A DNA stretch of 64,000 nt, from IMG/VR virus record IMGVR_UViG_3300010885_025649, positions 1-64,000 of that record; one strand, 5' to 3'. This document shows positions 38,254 to 47,492 of this stretch, one piece after another. Below the pieces are notes generated by a model that saw only the letters and a list, made by a program, of their open reading frames with translations, was not told the DNA's origin and ran no database searches. The position numbers and the translations under genes were made by a program. How positions within the stretch are numbered: position 1 is the first letter of the stretch; every line of letters starts with the position of its first letter.

Positions 38254-39640
38254 TTACATATTCTCCATAATATTGTAACGCAGTATTATATCTTCCATCT
38301 GCATGTTTATTTAAGTAAGGAATCTGATGATCATAGAAATCATGTATATAAGCTAGATCTTTATTCGGCGCTTTACGCAAAGCTCTACCATATTTCTGAA
38401 TTAATAAAGCTCCTGATTCTAATGCACCGGCATTAATTAAAGTAATAATACATTTAGCATTAACTCCAGTATTCAGAATATTACAGCCAATAAGAATAGG
38501 AATATTAGTTTCCTTAAACTTACTCCAAAGATCATATCTATCAGAAGATTGCCCATGAATAAATGGTAGATCTATATTATAAACCTGCCTAGCTAATCTA
38601 ATTAGATTATCTCCATGTTCTCTATAAGCTACTAGGATTAGTGCCGGGGCTTTATCAGAATCAACCGCAAGTTTAGCTAACTTAATAATCATTTTATTTC
38701 TATAATCATTATCAATAATTCCATAATCATATTGATCTGGATATGTAACCTGCTTGCCTACCTTAGTAAAGACTGCAGGAATTGTATAGAATTGAATAAC
38801 AGGAGTAGTTAAATAGCCTTCTTTAATAAGTTGAATAGGGGAAATAGTTAGAATTATATCTCCATAGATAGCCTGCATATCCAATGCTTTTGGGATATCT
38901 AATTGAGTAGTAGCGCTAAAGCCATAAGTATAAGATCTATTCTTTAGAACGGTAGCCAGTTTATTATACTGTGCAGAGCAAGATAAGTGGCATTCATCTG
39001 CAACCCAAGAGTTACATTTAGCTAACCATACTTTAGCCGCAGTATTCTTTTCCGCCGCATTAAGTAAAGATTTTACCAAGCCAACAACAATTCTGTTATC
39101 AGTATTTAAAGTACCACCTCCAATAGTAGAAATGGGTTCTTTAATCCAGAATTCAATTTCCTCAGCTAATTGAGTCATGAGATCTATTGTAGGAACTGTG
39201 ATTAAAACATTCCCGCAGAGATGCTTAACCAACCAAGCAATCGCAGCGCCCTTACCCGAAGCAGTGGGACTATCAATTATACCAAAAGAATTGTTTAAAC
39301 AAGTCTTAACAATCTCTTGTTGATAGTTATATAAAATAGGATTATCAATAAACTCTAAGTTCTTAGGGTTTTTACATTTATTAATAATAGTATAATTTAT
39401 ATTCTGCTCATCTAACAGTTTAGTAATTAGATTAGTAAAGCCAGCTTTTGCTGATTGTTTAGGAATAGAGTAATGGCTTTTAATAGTTTTAGTCTGTGCT
39501 CGCTGCCATGCAGGAATGCCGGGTCTAAAATTAGCCGTAGTATCTTCATAAGATAATCTATCCCAAATATCTTTATTTATATTTGCGGGAATATCCCCTA
39601 ATAATTTAATAGTATTGCTATTTTGTTCTAACGTGATCAT
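38228..39640 (-). CDS. SF2 helicase (UvsW-like)
   Basis: YNYQ, PTASGK, DECH, FSAT, QKYGRALR. Confidence 0.88.
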   Translation of the reverse strand: MITLEQNSNTIKLLGDIPANINKDIWDRLSYEDTTANFRPGIPAWQRAQTKTIKSHYSIPKQSAKAGFTNLITKLLDEQNINYTIINKCKNPKNLEFIDNPILYNYQQEIVKTCLNNSFGIIDSPTASGKGAAIAWLVKHLCGNVLITVPTIDLMTQLAEEIEFWIKEPISTIGGGTLNTDNRIVVGLVKSLLNAAEKNTAAKVWLAKCNSWVADECHLSCSAQYNKLATVLKNRSYTYGFSATTQLDIPKALDMQAIYGDIILTISPIQLIKEGYLTTPVIQFYTIPAVFTKVGKQVTYPDQYDYGIIDNDYRNKMIIKLAKLAVDSDKAPALILVAYREHGDNLIRLARQVYNIDLPFIHGQSSDRYDLWSKFKETNIPILIGCNILNTGVNAKCIITLINAGALESGALLIQKYGRALRKAPNKDLAYIHDFYDHQIPYLNKHADGRYNTALQYYGEYVNGDFCGSS

Positions 39641-39866
39641 AAATTTTAATAACCAATAAATGTATAGTAATAAAAACGATTATAAGATTAATAACCATAG
39701 GAAGATAATCATTATACGCAGCATTATAAATAGTAAAACAGCTACTAGCAATAACAGAACCTATAGAAAACATCCAAGTAGTTTTACTATCCTTTTGATT
39801 TATATATAAGTTAAGCCAAGATATCAGACTAATAACTGTACCTAATGTAGCAATTAAACTAATCAT
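39618..39866 (-). CDS. small 3-TM membrane protein (PQ-loop/SemiSWEET-like)
   Basis: 82 aa with three hydrophobic helices; the pattern 'K.S....WM...Y.....P..IN' resembles the SemiSWEET family. Confidence 0.45.
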   Translation of the reverse strand: MISLIATLGTVISLISWLNLYINQKDSKTTWMFSIGSVIASSCFTIYNAAYNDYLPMVINLIIVFITIHLLVIKIYDHVRTK

Positions 39867-40324
39867 GGTTTAAATGTCTCAAACTTAACTCGCTTAGCTT
39901 TAATAGCATCTCTAATAGCTCGTTGAACTTTAGTTAAAGTAGCACCTTCAGTTTTGATATCCATAAAGACTATTTCTATTTCTACACTTTCATCTCCGTC
40001 TCTATAATCCGACATACCTTTAAAGCAAATAATGTCAATAGGTTGCCCTAAGAATTTAACATCATTATATTTATAAGGAAACTCCGGCATAAATGGAGAT
40101 AATTGTTCTGCTACTTGTCCTCTAATAACTGCTTTAGATTTAGTAATAGCTTCTTTACGAGCTGCTAATAAATCCGTATCATATCTATTAACTAAATCAT
40201 TATAAGTATTTTGTAATTGTATATAAGAATTCTTAAGCTCAGTTATTTTATTATCAGCATTTATCTTAGCAATGATTGTCATAACTAACCAAGCTAAAAC
40301 AATTATAAGTAATATGATATCCAT
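39863..40324 (-). CDS. Holliday-junction-resolvase-like protein (Endonuc_Holl family) with N-terminal TM helix
   Basis: GQVAEQLSPF..F, FLGQPID, IVFMDIKT, Q..IR. Confidence 0.85.
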   Translation of the reverse strand: MDIILLIIVLAWLVMTIIAKINADNKITELKNSYIQLQNTYNDLVNRYDTDLLAARKEAITKSKAVIRGQVAEQLSPFMPEFPYKYNDVKFLGQPIDIICFKGMSDYRDGDESVEIEIVFMDIKTEGATLTKVQRAIRDAIKAKRVKFETFKP

Positions 40325-40337
40325 ATATCCTTTTTAT

Positions 40338-40847
40338 TTAATTAATATTTTCTAACATTTCTAATACAGATGGATCATAGGTAAGAATATTATTATATCC
40401 CCAAGCATATTTCTCCCATATTTCTATCTCATCACATAATAGATTCTGAGTAGCAAAATCTAACTGGCCATTTAGAGTAGCCATATTAGCAATCTCTCTC
40501 ATCTTAATAACAAAGCTAACAATATTATGTAAATCTGTAGTAAGAATATCTCTAAGTAATTTAGGAGTAGTAAAGGGAGAGAGACTATTAGTAATCATAG
40601 CTTGTGGCCCCGCATTAGATTGATAGCCCAATTGCTGAATACGCTCAGCCACTTTATCTAAAGAGATTCTATATTGATCTACAGATCTATCTAATAAATC
40701 TTTATGAATATGTAAGCTAACCAATCCAATAACTGCCCAGTGAGAATGCCAAGTAACAAGATAAGCAGACATTAAAGTAGCTAATAGAATATTTAATTCA
40801 TCAGCTATTTGTTTAGACCTATTTTCATTAAGTCCTAAGTAATTCAT
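40338..40847 (-). CDS. dps: Dps/ferritin-like protein
   Basis: HSHWAVIG..HIH, DKVAERIQQLG. Confidence 0.8.
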   Translation of the reverse strand: MNYLGLNENRSKQIADELNILLATLMSAYLVTWHSHWAVIGLVSLHIHKDLLDRSVDQYRISLDKVAERIQQLGYQSNAGPQAMITNSLSPFTTPKLLRDILTTDLHNIVSFVIKMREIANMATLNGQLDFATQNLLCDEIEIWEKYAWGYNNILTYDPSVLEMLENIN

Positions 40848-40903
40848 AGATATTCCTAATTAAAGTATAATAGTATAATACCGTATAATATTAGGAATAT
40901 CTA
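40847..40903. repeat. perfect 14-bp inverted repeat covering both ribosome-binding sites, enclosing three GTATAATA copies
   Basis: TAGATATTCCTAAT (40847-40860) / ATTAGGAATATCTA (40890-40903). Confidence 0.85.
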
Positions 40904-40904
40904 G

Positions 40905-41147
40905 ATGACTCTTAGACAACAGTTTGCGGCTTGGCGTAGATCTAATGATTACTTACAATTTCATATTTATAAACTTCGCCAACAGAATCATTGTTGTGCT
41001 ATATGCAAAGAGACTTTACGTGGAAAACAAGTTCATTGTGACCATATAAAGCCTCTAAGTAAGTTTCCAGAACTAGCTTTAGAACCCAGCAATATGCAAC
41101 TTAGTTGCAGTGACTGTAATTTAAAAAAAGGTTCTAAAACGGAGTAG
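40905..41147 (+). CDS. small HNH endonuclease
   Basis: CAIC..HCDHIKP..NMQLSCSDCNLKK; the only convincing + strand gene in the - strand block. Confidence 0.9.
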   Translation: MTLRQQFAAWRRSNDYLQFHIYKLRQQNHCCAICKETLRGKQVHCDHIKPLSKFPELALEPSNMQLSCSDCNLKKGSKTE

Positions 41148-42297
41148 CAGGTTTAACTTGAGAAATACCTGAAGGAATAACCTCAGGAGTAGTTAGCTTA
41201 GCCAGCTCAGTAGAATTAGCCACAAATGGTTTATAGGGGCTAGTATAAGGTGGCATAAACGCAACAAGTTCTTCAGCTACTTTACCTACTACAGTGATCT
41301 TAAGAGCTTTAGATTTAGGATTAAGTTCTGCTCCAGCCTTTTTAGGTGTGGGAGTAGTAACTTCCAGAGTAACTAAATGCTTTCTTAAAGTTTCAATAGC
41401 ATCATCTGATTTATCTAATCTATAACCAGGAAGTTGATTATCAAAGAACTCTTGTAAAGAAGATTGAGCATATCCACCCAGACTTAATTTAATAAGAATA
41501 GGCTTAGTTAACTTGTCTTCACCTTTATGAGTAACAAGAAAGATAACTTCGGTAACTTGTTTACCGGTCATATTAATATCAGTTTGTTTATCAATACAAA
41601 GTCTGCAATCATTACAATAAACTAAGGAATCAGCAGGTAAAGAATAGGCTTCTTTAGGAGCGACAACAATAGTCTCCGGATTATCTCTTAGAGCAATATC
41701 CAAAGTAGAATTAGTAAGAACTCTATTATTATTAATATATCTGGGTTCAGTACTATTATTAACCAGATTCTCTCTAGTAACTTTAGTTAAACCAATTGGA
41801 TTAAGTTTAGCTAAAGATTTATATCTAGAGGTTCCTGGATAATCCCAAGAGCCTTTAATAGTAACAGCAGGATCATATCTACTAGTAAACTGTTCTACTT
41901 GACACCGGGGTTGATAGTTAGTAGAAGCAGACCCGGGTAATGCAAACTTAGTACCAGTATCTACAATAACTCCACTAATAGTAGAGATATCTAATACACC
42001 ATTAAAGGTAACAGTTTTACCAGTCTTTTTATCTTTTACTTTCTCAGATAGAACTGGATCAAGCATTCCATAGTGTTGCCCTGTAGCATTTTTACCCATC
42101 TTATCTTGTAGTGTTTTAGGAACACCATCAGTATCACCAAGAGTAAAGAAACCGCCAGAGAAAGTTACTGATGGAATATAGCCATCAGTATTAGGATCTT
42201 TATAAGGTAACCAGTGTCTGGGGCCAAAGTTATTAGCAGTTCCAGGGGTATTGTAATATTCAGTATTTTGTTTATCTAAATCATCAAAGTCAATCAT
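41134..42297 (-). CDS. hypothetical replication-module protein (possible ssDNA-binding protein)
   Basis: Likely ATG at 42297 after GGAG; CNDCRLC motif; next to clamp-loader genes; C-terminal PF. Confidence 0.45.
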   Translation of the reverse strand: MIDFDDLDKQNTEYYNTPGTANNFGPRHWLPYKDPNTDGYIPSVTFSGGFFTLGDTDGVPKTLQDKMGKNATGQHYGMLDPVLSEKVKDKKTGKTVTFNGVLDISTISGVIVDTGTKFALPGSASTNYQPRCQVEQFTSRYDPAVTIKGSWDYPGTSRYKSLAKLNPIGLTKVTRENLVNNSTEPRYINNNRVLTNSTLDIALRDNPETIVVAPKEAYSLPADSLVYCNDCRLCIDKQTDINMTGKQVTEVIFLVTHKGEDKLTKPILIKLSLGGYAQSSLQEFFDNQLPGYRLDKSDDAIETLRKHLVTLEVTTPTPKKAGAELNPKSKALKITVVGKVAEELVAFMPPYTSPYKPFVANSTELAKLTTPEVIPSGISQVKPATPF

Positions 42298-43048
42298 ATA
42301 AGCTCCAGTACCAATTTGTTGCATGTATATTAGGAAGATTATTAGTACAACCCCAATAGCCTAAGCTAACAAGATTGCACCAATGAATAAATATATATAA
42401 GTCTATAAGATCATATCCTGCTATAGATAGATAAAATTTCTCTAGATCAGGAAGATTCTTTTCAAGATATCCAATAACCATAGGTGCTTCTTTATAATCT
42501 AATTTAGGTAATAAAGAAATTGCTTTATGATCATATAGACCGGATATAAACTTATTATAAGAGAAATTAGAGTTCTTAGTATTCATACCAAGATCTTTAA
42601 TTTCTTGAATAGAAACGGTGATAGGTAATAGATTAGTCAAAGTATTTAAGGTAACAAAATCACCCTTAGCTTGTAGTAACAATTCTTGTGCTTGTATACT
42701 ATTAAAGCCTTTAGACTTAATCATTCGCTGAATCACTTCTTCTTTAAACGGGGAATAAATAGTTATAAATTCCCGAAACGTATTAGCTTTGCTAAACCAA
42801 TTATCGGGGATTTCTTTTCCCATAAATTGAATAACAAAGTCTGTATTAATATTATTTGTATTTATATTTTCTGGACATGGTAGAGTTTTAGTAACTCTAA
42901 TCCAAATAAATGTCTTTTGTAGTTTAGGCTTAGAGAATAATGTAACAACATCTTGTGGATCAACTAGATATTGCTTAACCGCATAAGTATTATCTTGTTT
43001 AATTCTACATAGTAATTCTGTATAGTTATTAGTACATAGAGTAATCAT
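42290..43048 (-). CDS. putative clamp-loader delta-like subunit
   Basis: Directly downstream of the dnaX-like gene; AQELLLQAKGDFVTL resembles the AAA+ lid 'a..L.....GD'; no Walker A. Confidence 0.45.
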   Translation of the reverse strand: MITLCTNNYTELLCRIKQDNTYAVKQYLVDPQDVVTLFSKPKLQKTFIWIRVTKTLPCPENINTNNINTDFVIQFMGKEIPDNWFSKANTFREFITIYSPFKEEVIQRMIKSKGFNSIQAQELLLQAKGDFVTLNTLTNLLPITVSIQEIKDLGMNTKNSNFSYNKFISGLYDHKAISLLPKLDYKEAPMVIGYLEKNLPDLEKFYLSIAGYDLIDLYIFIHWCNLVSLGYWGCTNNLPNIHATNWYWSLYD

Positions 43049-43049
43049 A

Positions 43050-44111
43050 TTAAGCCCCTAGTAGCAATGTAGTATCTACAGATTTACTATAATTAATCGT
43101 ACTTAAATCCACACCTTGTAGACTAAAGATCGCGGCTTTAATTAATTCTGGTTTATTATTAATAACCCCAATAGATATATTCTTAATAGCCAAGATTTGT
43201 TCAGGAATACAATAGATTAATCCTTTAGCTAAATCTTTAAGTAAAGCTTTACCAAGATCTGCAGGTTGATATTTATCTATCCAAGTAGACCAGATAGTAT
43301 TAACCAGCCGCCACTCATTATTCTTAAGTGCATTCCAAAATATAATTCGCTGATTAAAAGTCAAAGTTCCTAATTGTTCCGCTACATTTGCGCCGGTAAT
43401 ATTTATATCTTGAATAGTAAACTTCTCAATAAACCGGTACACAACTCTAGCAGAGCCATCAGAAGCTTCAGCAATTAATTCTAATCCTTCATCATCATAT
43501 TCTAAATTAGCTTTCTCAGCAATATTCTTAATCATTTCACAAAGAGAACTAGACTTTAACGGATTAAATCTACATGGCATTAATCTACTAACAAAAGCCG
43601 ACTTAAGTTTAGTGGGTTCTCTCGTGGCTACAATAAAATAAACCTTAAGTAAATTACTATTAATATACAAAGATTCAAAGTCTAATAATAGAGCATCTTG
43701 CGCGGCACCACTAAGAGCATGTACTTCATCCAGTAATATAACTCTATAACCTGTAGGAGATTGAATGGTAGTCCATTGTTTCATCCTATCTAATAAGACA
43801 GCTTTATTACCTTCTTCCGCGCATGCAAATTCTATATAACATTGTGGTAACCCTTTAGGATCTTCCAAAAGAGTTACACAATTACTACACTCATTACAAG
43901 GATTATGTCCTTGAGGATTTAAACAATTAACACGTCTACCAATAATTCTAGCCAGAGAAGTTTTACCTAATCCAGATTGTTCGGAATAAAAGTATAAAGC
44001 TTGTTCTAACTGATTCTTATTAATCATACTTTTAATAAGATTAACAATACTATCCTGATCAATAATATCTTCAAATATTCTAGGTCTAAGTTCTTCAGAT
44101 AATGATTTCAT
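43050..44111 (-). CDS. dnaX: DNA polymerase III gamma/tau-like clamp loader
   Basis: LRPRIFEDII.Q, GLGKTS, Zn module C..PCNECSNC, LLDEVHALS..A..ALL, DGSAR. Confidence 0.9.
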   Translation of the reverse strand: MKSLSEELRPRIFEDIIDQDSIVNLIKSMINKNQLEQALYFYSEQSGLGKTSLARIIGRRVNCLNPQGHNPCNECSNCVTLLEDPKGLPQCYIEFACAEEGNKAVLLDRMKQWTTIQSPTGYRVILLDEVHALSGAAQDALLLDFESLYINSNLLKVYFIVATREPTKLKSAFVSRLMPCRFNPLKSSSLCEMIKNIAEKANLEYDDEGLELIAEASDGSARVVYRFIEKFTIQDINITGANVAEQLGTLTFNQRIIFWNALKNNEWRLVNTIWSTWIDKYQPADLGKALLKDLAKGLIYCIPEQILAIKNISIGVINNKPELIKAAIFSLQGVDLSTINYSKSVDTTLLLGA

Positions 44112-44112
44112 A

Positions 44113-44298
44113 TTAGTTATGTTGACTACAAATAAAGTTATAAATTTCTATAGCGGTTGGGTCTTTGTAATTATTTATCCAATAATTAATAGTATACACA
44201 AAAGTACTATAGTCAAACTTAGCATAAACATCTAGAAAATATCTACCAGTACTAGTTGTAGCAAATTGTTCAAAACTACTTAATGGTATTTCCATCAA
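44113..44298 (-). CDS. hypothetical protein
   Basis: 61-aa ORF filling the gap. Confidence 0.4.
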   Translation of the reverse strand: MMEIPLSSFEQFATTSTGRYFLDVYAKFDYSTFVYTINYWINNYKDPTAIEIYNFICSQHN

Positions 44299-45034
44299 CT
44301 AGCTCCTTTAATAATATAATATCTTGAATTTGAAACCAGCGCGCACTAAGTGGTGGTGGATTGGAGATATAATCTTGCTCTAACTTACCATTATCTAACC
44401 AAATATCTCTATGTGTAAAGGTTTCATATAAATATGGATTAGCAGAACAGATACATTTATGTCCTTTAGTAGAAGTGAATACTTCATTACGAGCAATAGC
44501 CGAAGTATTGAAAGCTTCTAATTGAGGAACTAGATATTTCATAGCTCTCAAAGCTTGGTTACCCGCGATTAAAATAGGAACTATAGGTAAAGCATTTAAC
44601 TCACTTTGTAACCAGCGGCCACATTGTTGTATATACTCAGCAGTAACTTTATTATCTCCTGGTTTACATTTAATAGCATTAGTATAATAACCTAAATGAT
44701 CTGTACTACTAATTACTTGATCTATATAATCTTTATATTTATTAGATTGTGTGAAAGTGCCACCTTTAGTTCCTCTATAAAAGGAATATAAAGTGCGAAG
44801 CTCTTTAGCTTTCTCTGGATACCAAATCCCAAAGATAACTCGGCGGATATAACCGCCGGTAACTCCAACTAGAGAAGCTCCTTGACCCACTTCTTGAGAC
44901 CCGGGATAATCAGAGATAATTATAAATTTGGGATTTCTATAATTACCTGAACTCGGTGTAGGAATGGCAGCTAAAGAGCAAGTACCAGTTGGATTACCGG
45001 TACAATTACATAAATCATTTAACACATTAATCAT
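44276..45034 (-). CDS. uracil-DNA glycosylase family 4-like protein
   Basis: N-terminal Cys cluster, IISDYPG..E...G..LVG..G, TNAIKCKP, C..WL..E. Confidence 0.8.
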   Translation of the reverse strand: MINVLNDLCNCTGNPTGTCSLAAIPTPSSGNYRNPKFIIISDYPGSQEVGQGASLVGVTGGYIRRVIFGIWYPEKAKELRTLYSFYRGTKGGTFTQSNKYKDYIDQVISSTDHLGYYTNAIKCKPGDNKVTAEYIQQCGRWLQSELNALPIVPILIAGNQALRAMKYLVPQLEAFNTSAIARNEVFTSTKGHKCICSANPYLYETFTHRDIWLDNGKLEQDYISNPPPLSARWFQIQDIILLKELVDGNTIK

Positions 45035-46275
45035 TCTGGTCGCATATATAAGGTTCTACCAAAAGGGGCAGCAAGTTTATTGTCAGTGGAAATAAATAGG
45101 ATTGGAAAAGGATATGAATCTTTACAACCATCATACAGAATCCCCAGATCGGTAAATACTAGGACTAGTTTTGGTTTATAGGATTCAACCAGTTTCATAG
45201 CAGGGCCGATACAAGTACCACCCCCGCCTTTAAAGTCAACCATATTCGATTCCACTTTACTTTTAAAAGAGATTCCATCCGCCTTAAATACTTTATCAAC
45301 TTGTACAACAGCATCCCAAGCAATAAAGTGAATATCACATCCGGTCAGATTCTGAATATAGTCCACATGAGAACTAATCTCAGGTAATGCTGTAGGATCT
45401 CCTAATACTGAACCTGAAGTATCAATTAGGAAGAAGATTCTATCAATCCCTTCAACCTCAGCTATATTCGGCATTAAGAACTCATCATTACCGCAAGCAA
45501 AGTTACGTTTATGTGGTCTAGACCAATCATCATCAAACTTAGCTGAGGTTGCATCCAGCATATACTTACGCAGGATTACAAAATAAGCAATCTTAATCTC
45601 AAAGTTACCAAGCTTAAACTTAGCAAAAAGTGAACCGGGATTAGAACCCGCTTTAAGTTGTTGTAAGACTTGTCTAAAATGTTGCTGCTGTGTTAAGTAA
45701 TCCTGACTATAAATATCCTTGATATATCCCGGAAGGGGGTCGTCAAAGGTTTCATCAAAGGTAGAATCATAAGCATCAGCCGGAACAAACTTAATTAACT
45801 TCTTAAGAATCTCATATAGAGATTGGACATCCCAATTAGTAATATCCGCAAGTATTGAGTTTAATTCTTTTGGTAGAAGGTTAGCTAAGGAGTCACTAGT
45901 AGTAATCCCAAGAATCTGATTAAAGAAAACCATACTAGCCATATTCCAAAGAGTTCTATCTCGCCCATTAAGCATGGCTTCTTGGGGATGTTGATTGACA
46001 ATGGCTAGTGCAATTTTAGTTAGCTCTTTAACTTGGGGTAACAATGCCGGGGCGCTAAGACTGGGGTTAATTGCAGAGGCCAAGGTTTTATATGCTTGGT
46101 TCATCTGAAAGAACTTATTACCTAACCTAATGGATTTACCATTAGTTTTAATTAAGAAGTCCTCATCAACAACCTTAATTGGAGTCCAAAGTAACAAAGC
46201 AGTAAGTTCAGGGAATGTCTCAGTAATATGCTGTTTAAGAAATTCCAAGAATGCCAAATTATAATCTAGACTCAT
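45031..46275 (-). CDS. vWA-domain protein (DUF2201-like) partner of AAA ATPase
   Basis: MIDAS motif IDTSGS, GGGGT, VFTD; WSRPHKR. Confidence 0.85.
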   Translation of the reverse strand: MSLDYNLAFLEFLKQHITETFPELTALLLWTPIKVVDEDFLIKTNGKSIRLGNKFFQMNQAYKTLASAINPSLSAPALLPQVKELTKIALAIVNQHPQEAMLNGRDRTLWNMASMVFFNQILGITTSDSLANLLPKELNSILADITNWDVQSLYEILKKLIKFVPADAYDSTFDETFDDPLPGYIKDIYSQDYLTQQQHFRQVLQQLKAGSNPGSLFAKFKLGNFEIKIAYFVILRKYMLDATSAKFDDDWSRPHKRNFACGNDEFLMPNIAEVEGIDRIFFLIDTSGSVLGDPTALPEISSHVDYIQNLTGCDIHFIAWDAVVQVDKVFKADGISFKSKVESNMVDFKGGGGTCIGPAMKLVESYKPKLVLVFTDLGILYDGCKDSYPFPILFISTDNKLAAPFGRTLYMRPE

Positions 46276-47471
46276 ACGGTATCATTTCCCTTTTTCTCTA
46301 ATTGAGCGATGGCAGTATAAACTTTAGACTTCATGGTATCAGTAGCCTTTTCATGTAATTTCCATTCCAAACTGCGAGTAAATATAATTAACTCTTTAGG
46401 AGGGAACTTCAATACTTTAATTGCCAGGTTATTAATACCAAATCCGGAGATCTCTTTAGCAGGAACTCCAGGAGCTGCGCTATTAGCTAAGATTAATAGA
46501 ATGCTTAAAGCTTTTTGAGCAGTTAAACTATCTACTACCAAAGATGGTAAACCATAAGCAATGGTATAAAGACTGGTAGGTTTATTAATGGCCGCAATCT
46601 TCTCAGTAATTTTATCAGAAGTTAAAGTCATTAACTCACTAATACTTAAAGCAAAATAGCCTAAAGCAAAGTCATCCATGAAGGTAACTGCAATTTCATT
46701 ACCAATAAGTCCCCGAACAGCAAAACCAACTTGAGTTTTAATGGCATCGATATTTCCGGGATCATACATAGTTTCAATGCTTTTAATCAAATTACTTACC
46801 TTAACCCAAGATCTTGGACTAGGGCTAATCAAATCGTCCTGTTTAGTACGGTTAAGATAATGCGGATTTGCTTTAATAAAACCCAATACGCTGCTATGAA
46901 CATCATTTTCTTGTGCCCATTCTAACCAATTTAGTGCGGTAGGCACTAAAGTACAATGCCAAAATCTATCTGCCATTGCACTTCCGATTGGATTATGCAA
47001 CGCACCATCTTCTTGGCGGTTACCAGCAGCAAGTACAATCCAACCATCCGGAAGGAAATAATCATTACCAATTCTGCGTTCAGTAAGAAGTTGATAAACA
47101 GTTACTTGTAATCGGGGGTGCGCTGCAGGCAATTCATCTAAGAAGATAACTCCACGGCCAGTATCATTCATAGGCGGGAGATAAGTGGTACGAATATAAT
47201 GCAAGACTTCTTCCGCATATTCTTCAGAGTATTTAGATTTAGGAACACCACGAAGATCTTCAGGAGAAATCTGACTAAGAATCAAGGGAACATATTTAGC
47301 ATTTAATAGCTTAGCTACTTGTGCAACGATTTCACTTTTACCAATACCACGATCGCCCCAAATCATTGCAGATTGTTTTGGTACTGCAGTATAACAGACT
47401 TTAAGAAATTCAATTAATTCTTTAGGGGATAAGTCAGCAGCATTGATACTACCAGTTTGAGTTACAGACAT
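46272..47471 (-). CDS. MoxR-like AAA+ ATPase
   Basis: WGDRGIGKS, DLRGVP, IFLDE, AAGN, AMADRF, SPRSW. Confidence 0.9.
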   Translation of the reverse strand: MSVTQTGSINAADLSPKELIEFLKVCYTAVPKQSAMIWGDRGIGKSEIVAQVAKLLNAKYVPLILSQISPEDLRGVPKSKYSEEYAEEVLHYIRTTYLPPMNDTGRGVIFLDELPAAHPRLQVTVYQLLTERRIGNDYFLPDGWIVLAAGNRQEDGALHNPIGSAMADRFWHCTLVPTALNWLEWAQENDVHSSVLGFIKANPHYLNRTKQDDLISPSPRSWVKVSNLIKSIETMYDPGNIDAIKTQVGFAVRGLIGNEIAVTFMDDFALGYFALSISELMTLTSDKITEKIAAINKPTSLYTIAYGLPSLVVDSLTAQKALSILLILANSAAPGVPAKEISGFGINNLAIKVLKFPPKELIIFTRSLEWKLHEKATDTMKSKVYTAIAQLEKKGNDTV

Positions 47472-47492
47472 GTTGTTTAATTTCCTTGTGTA

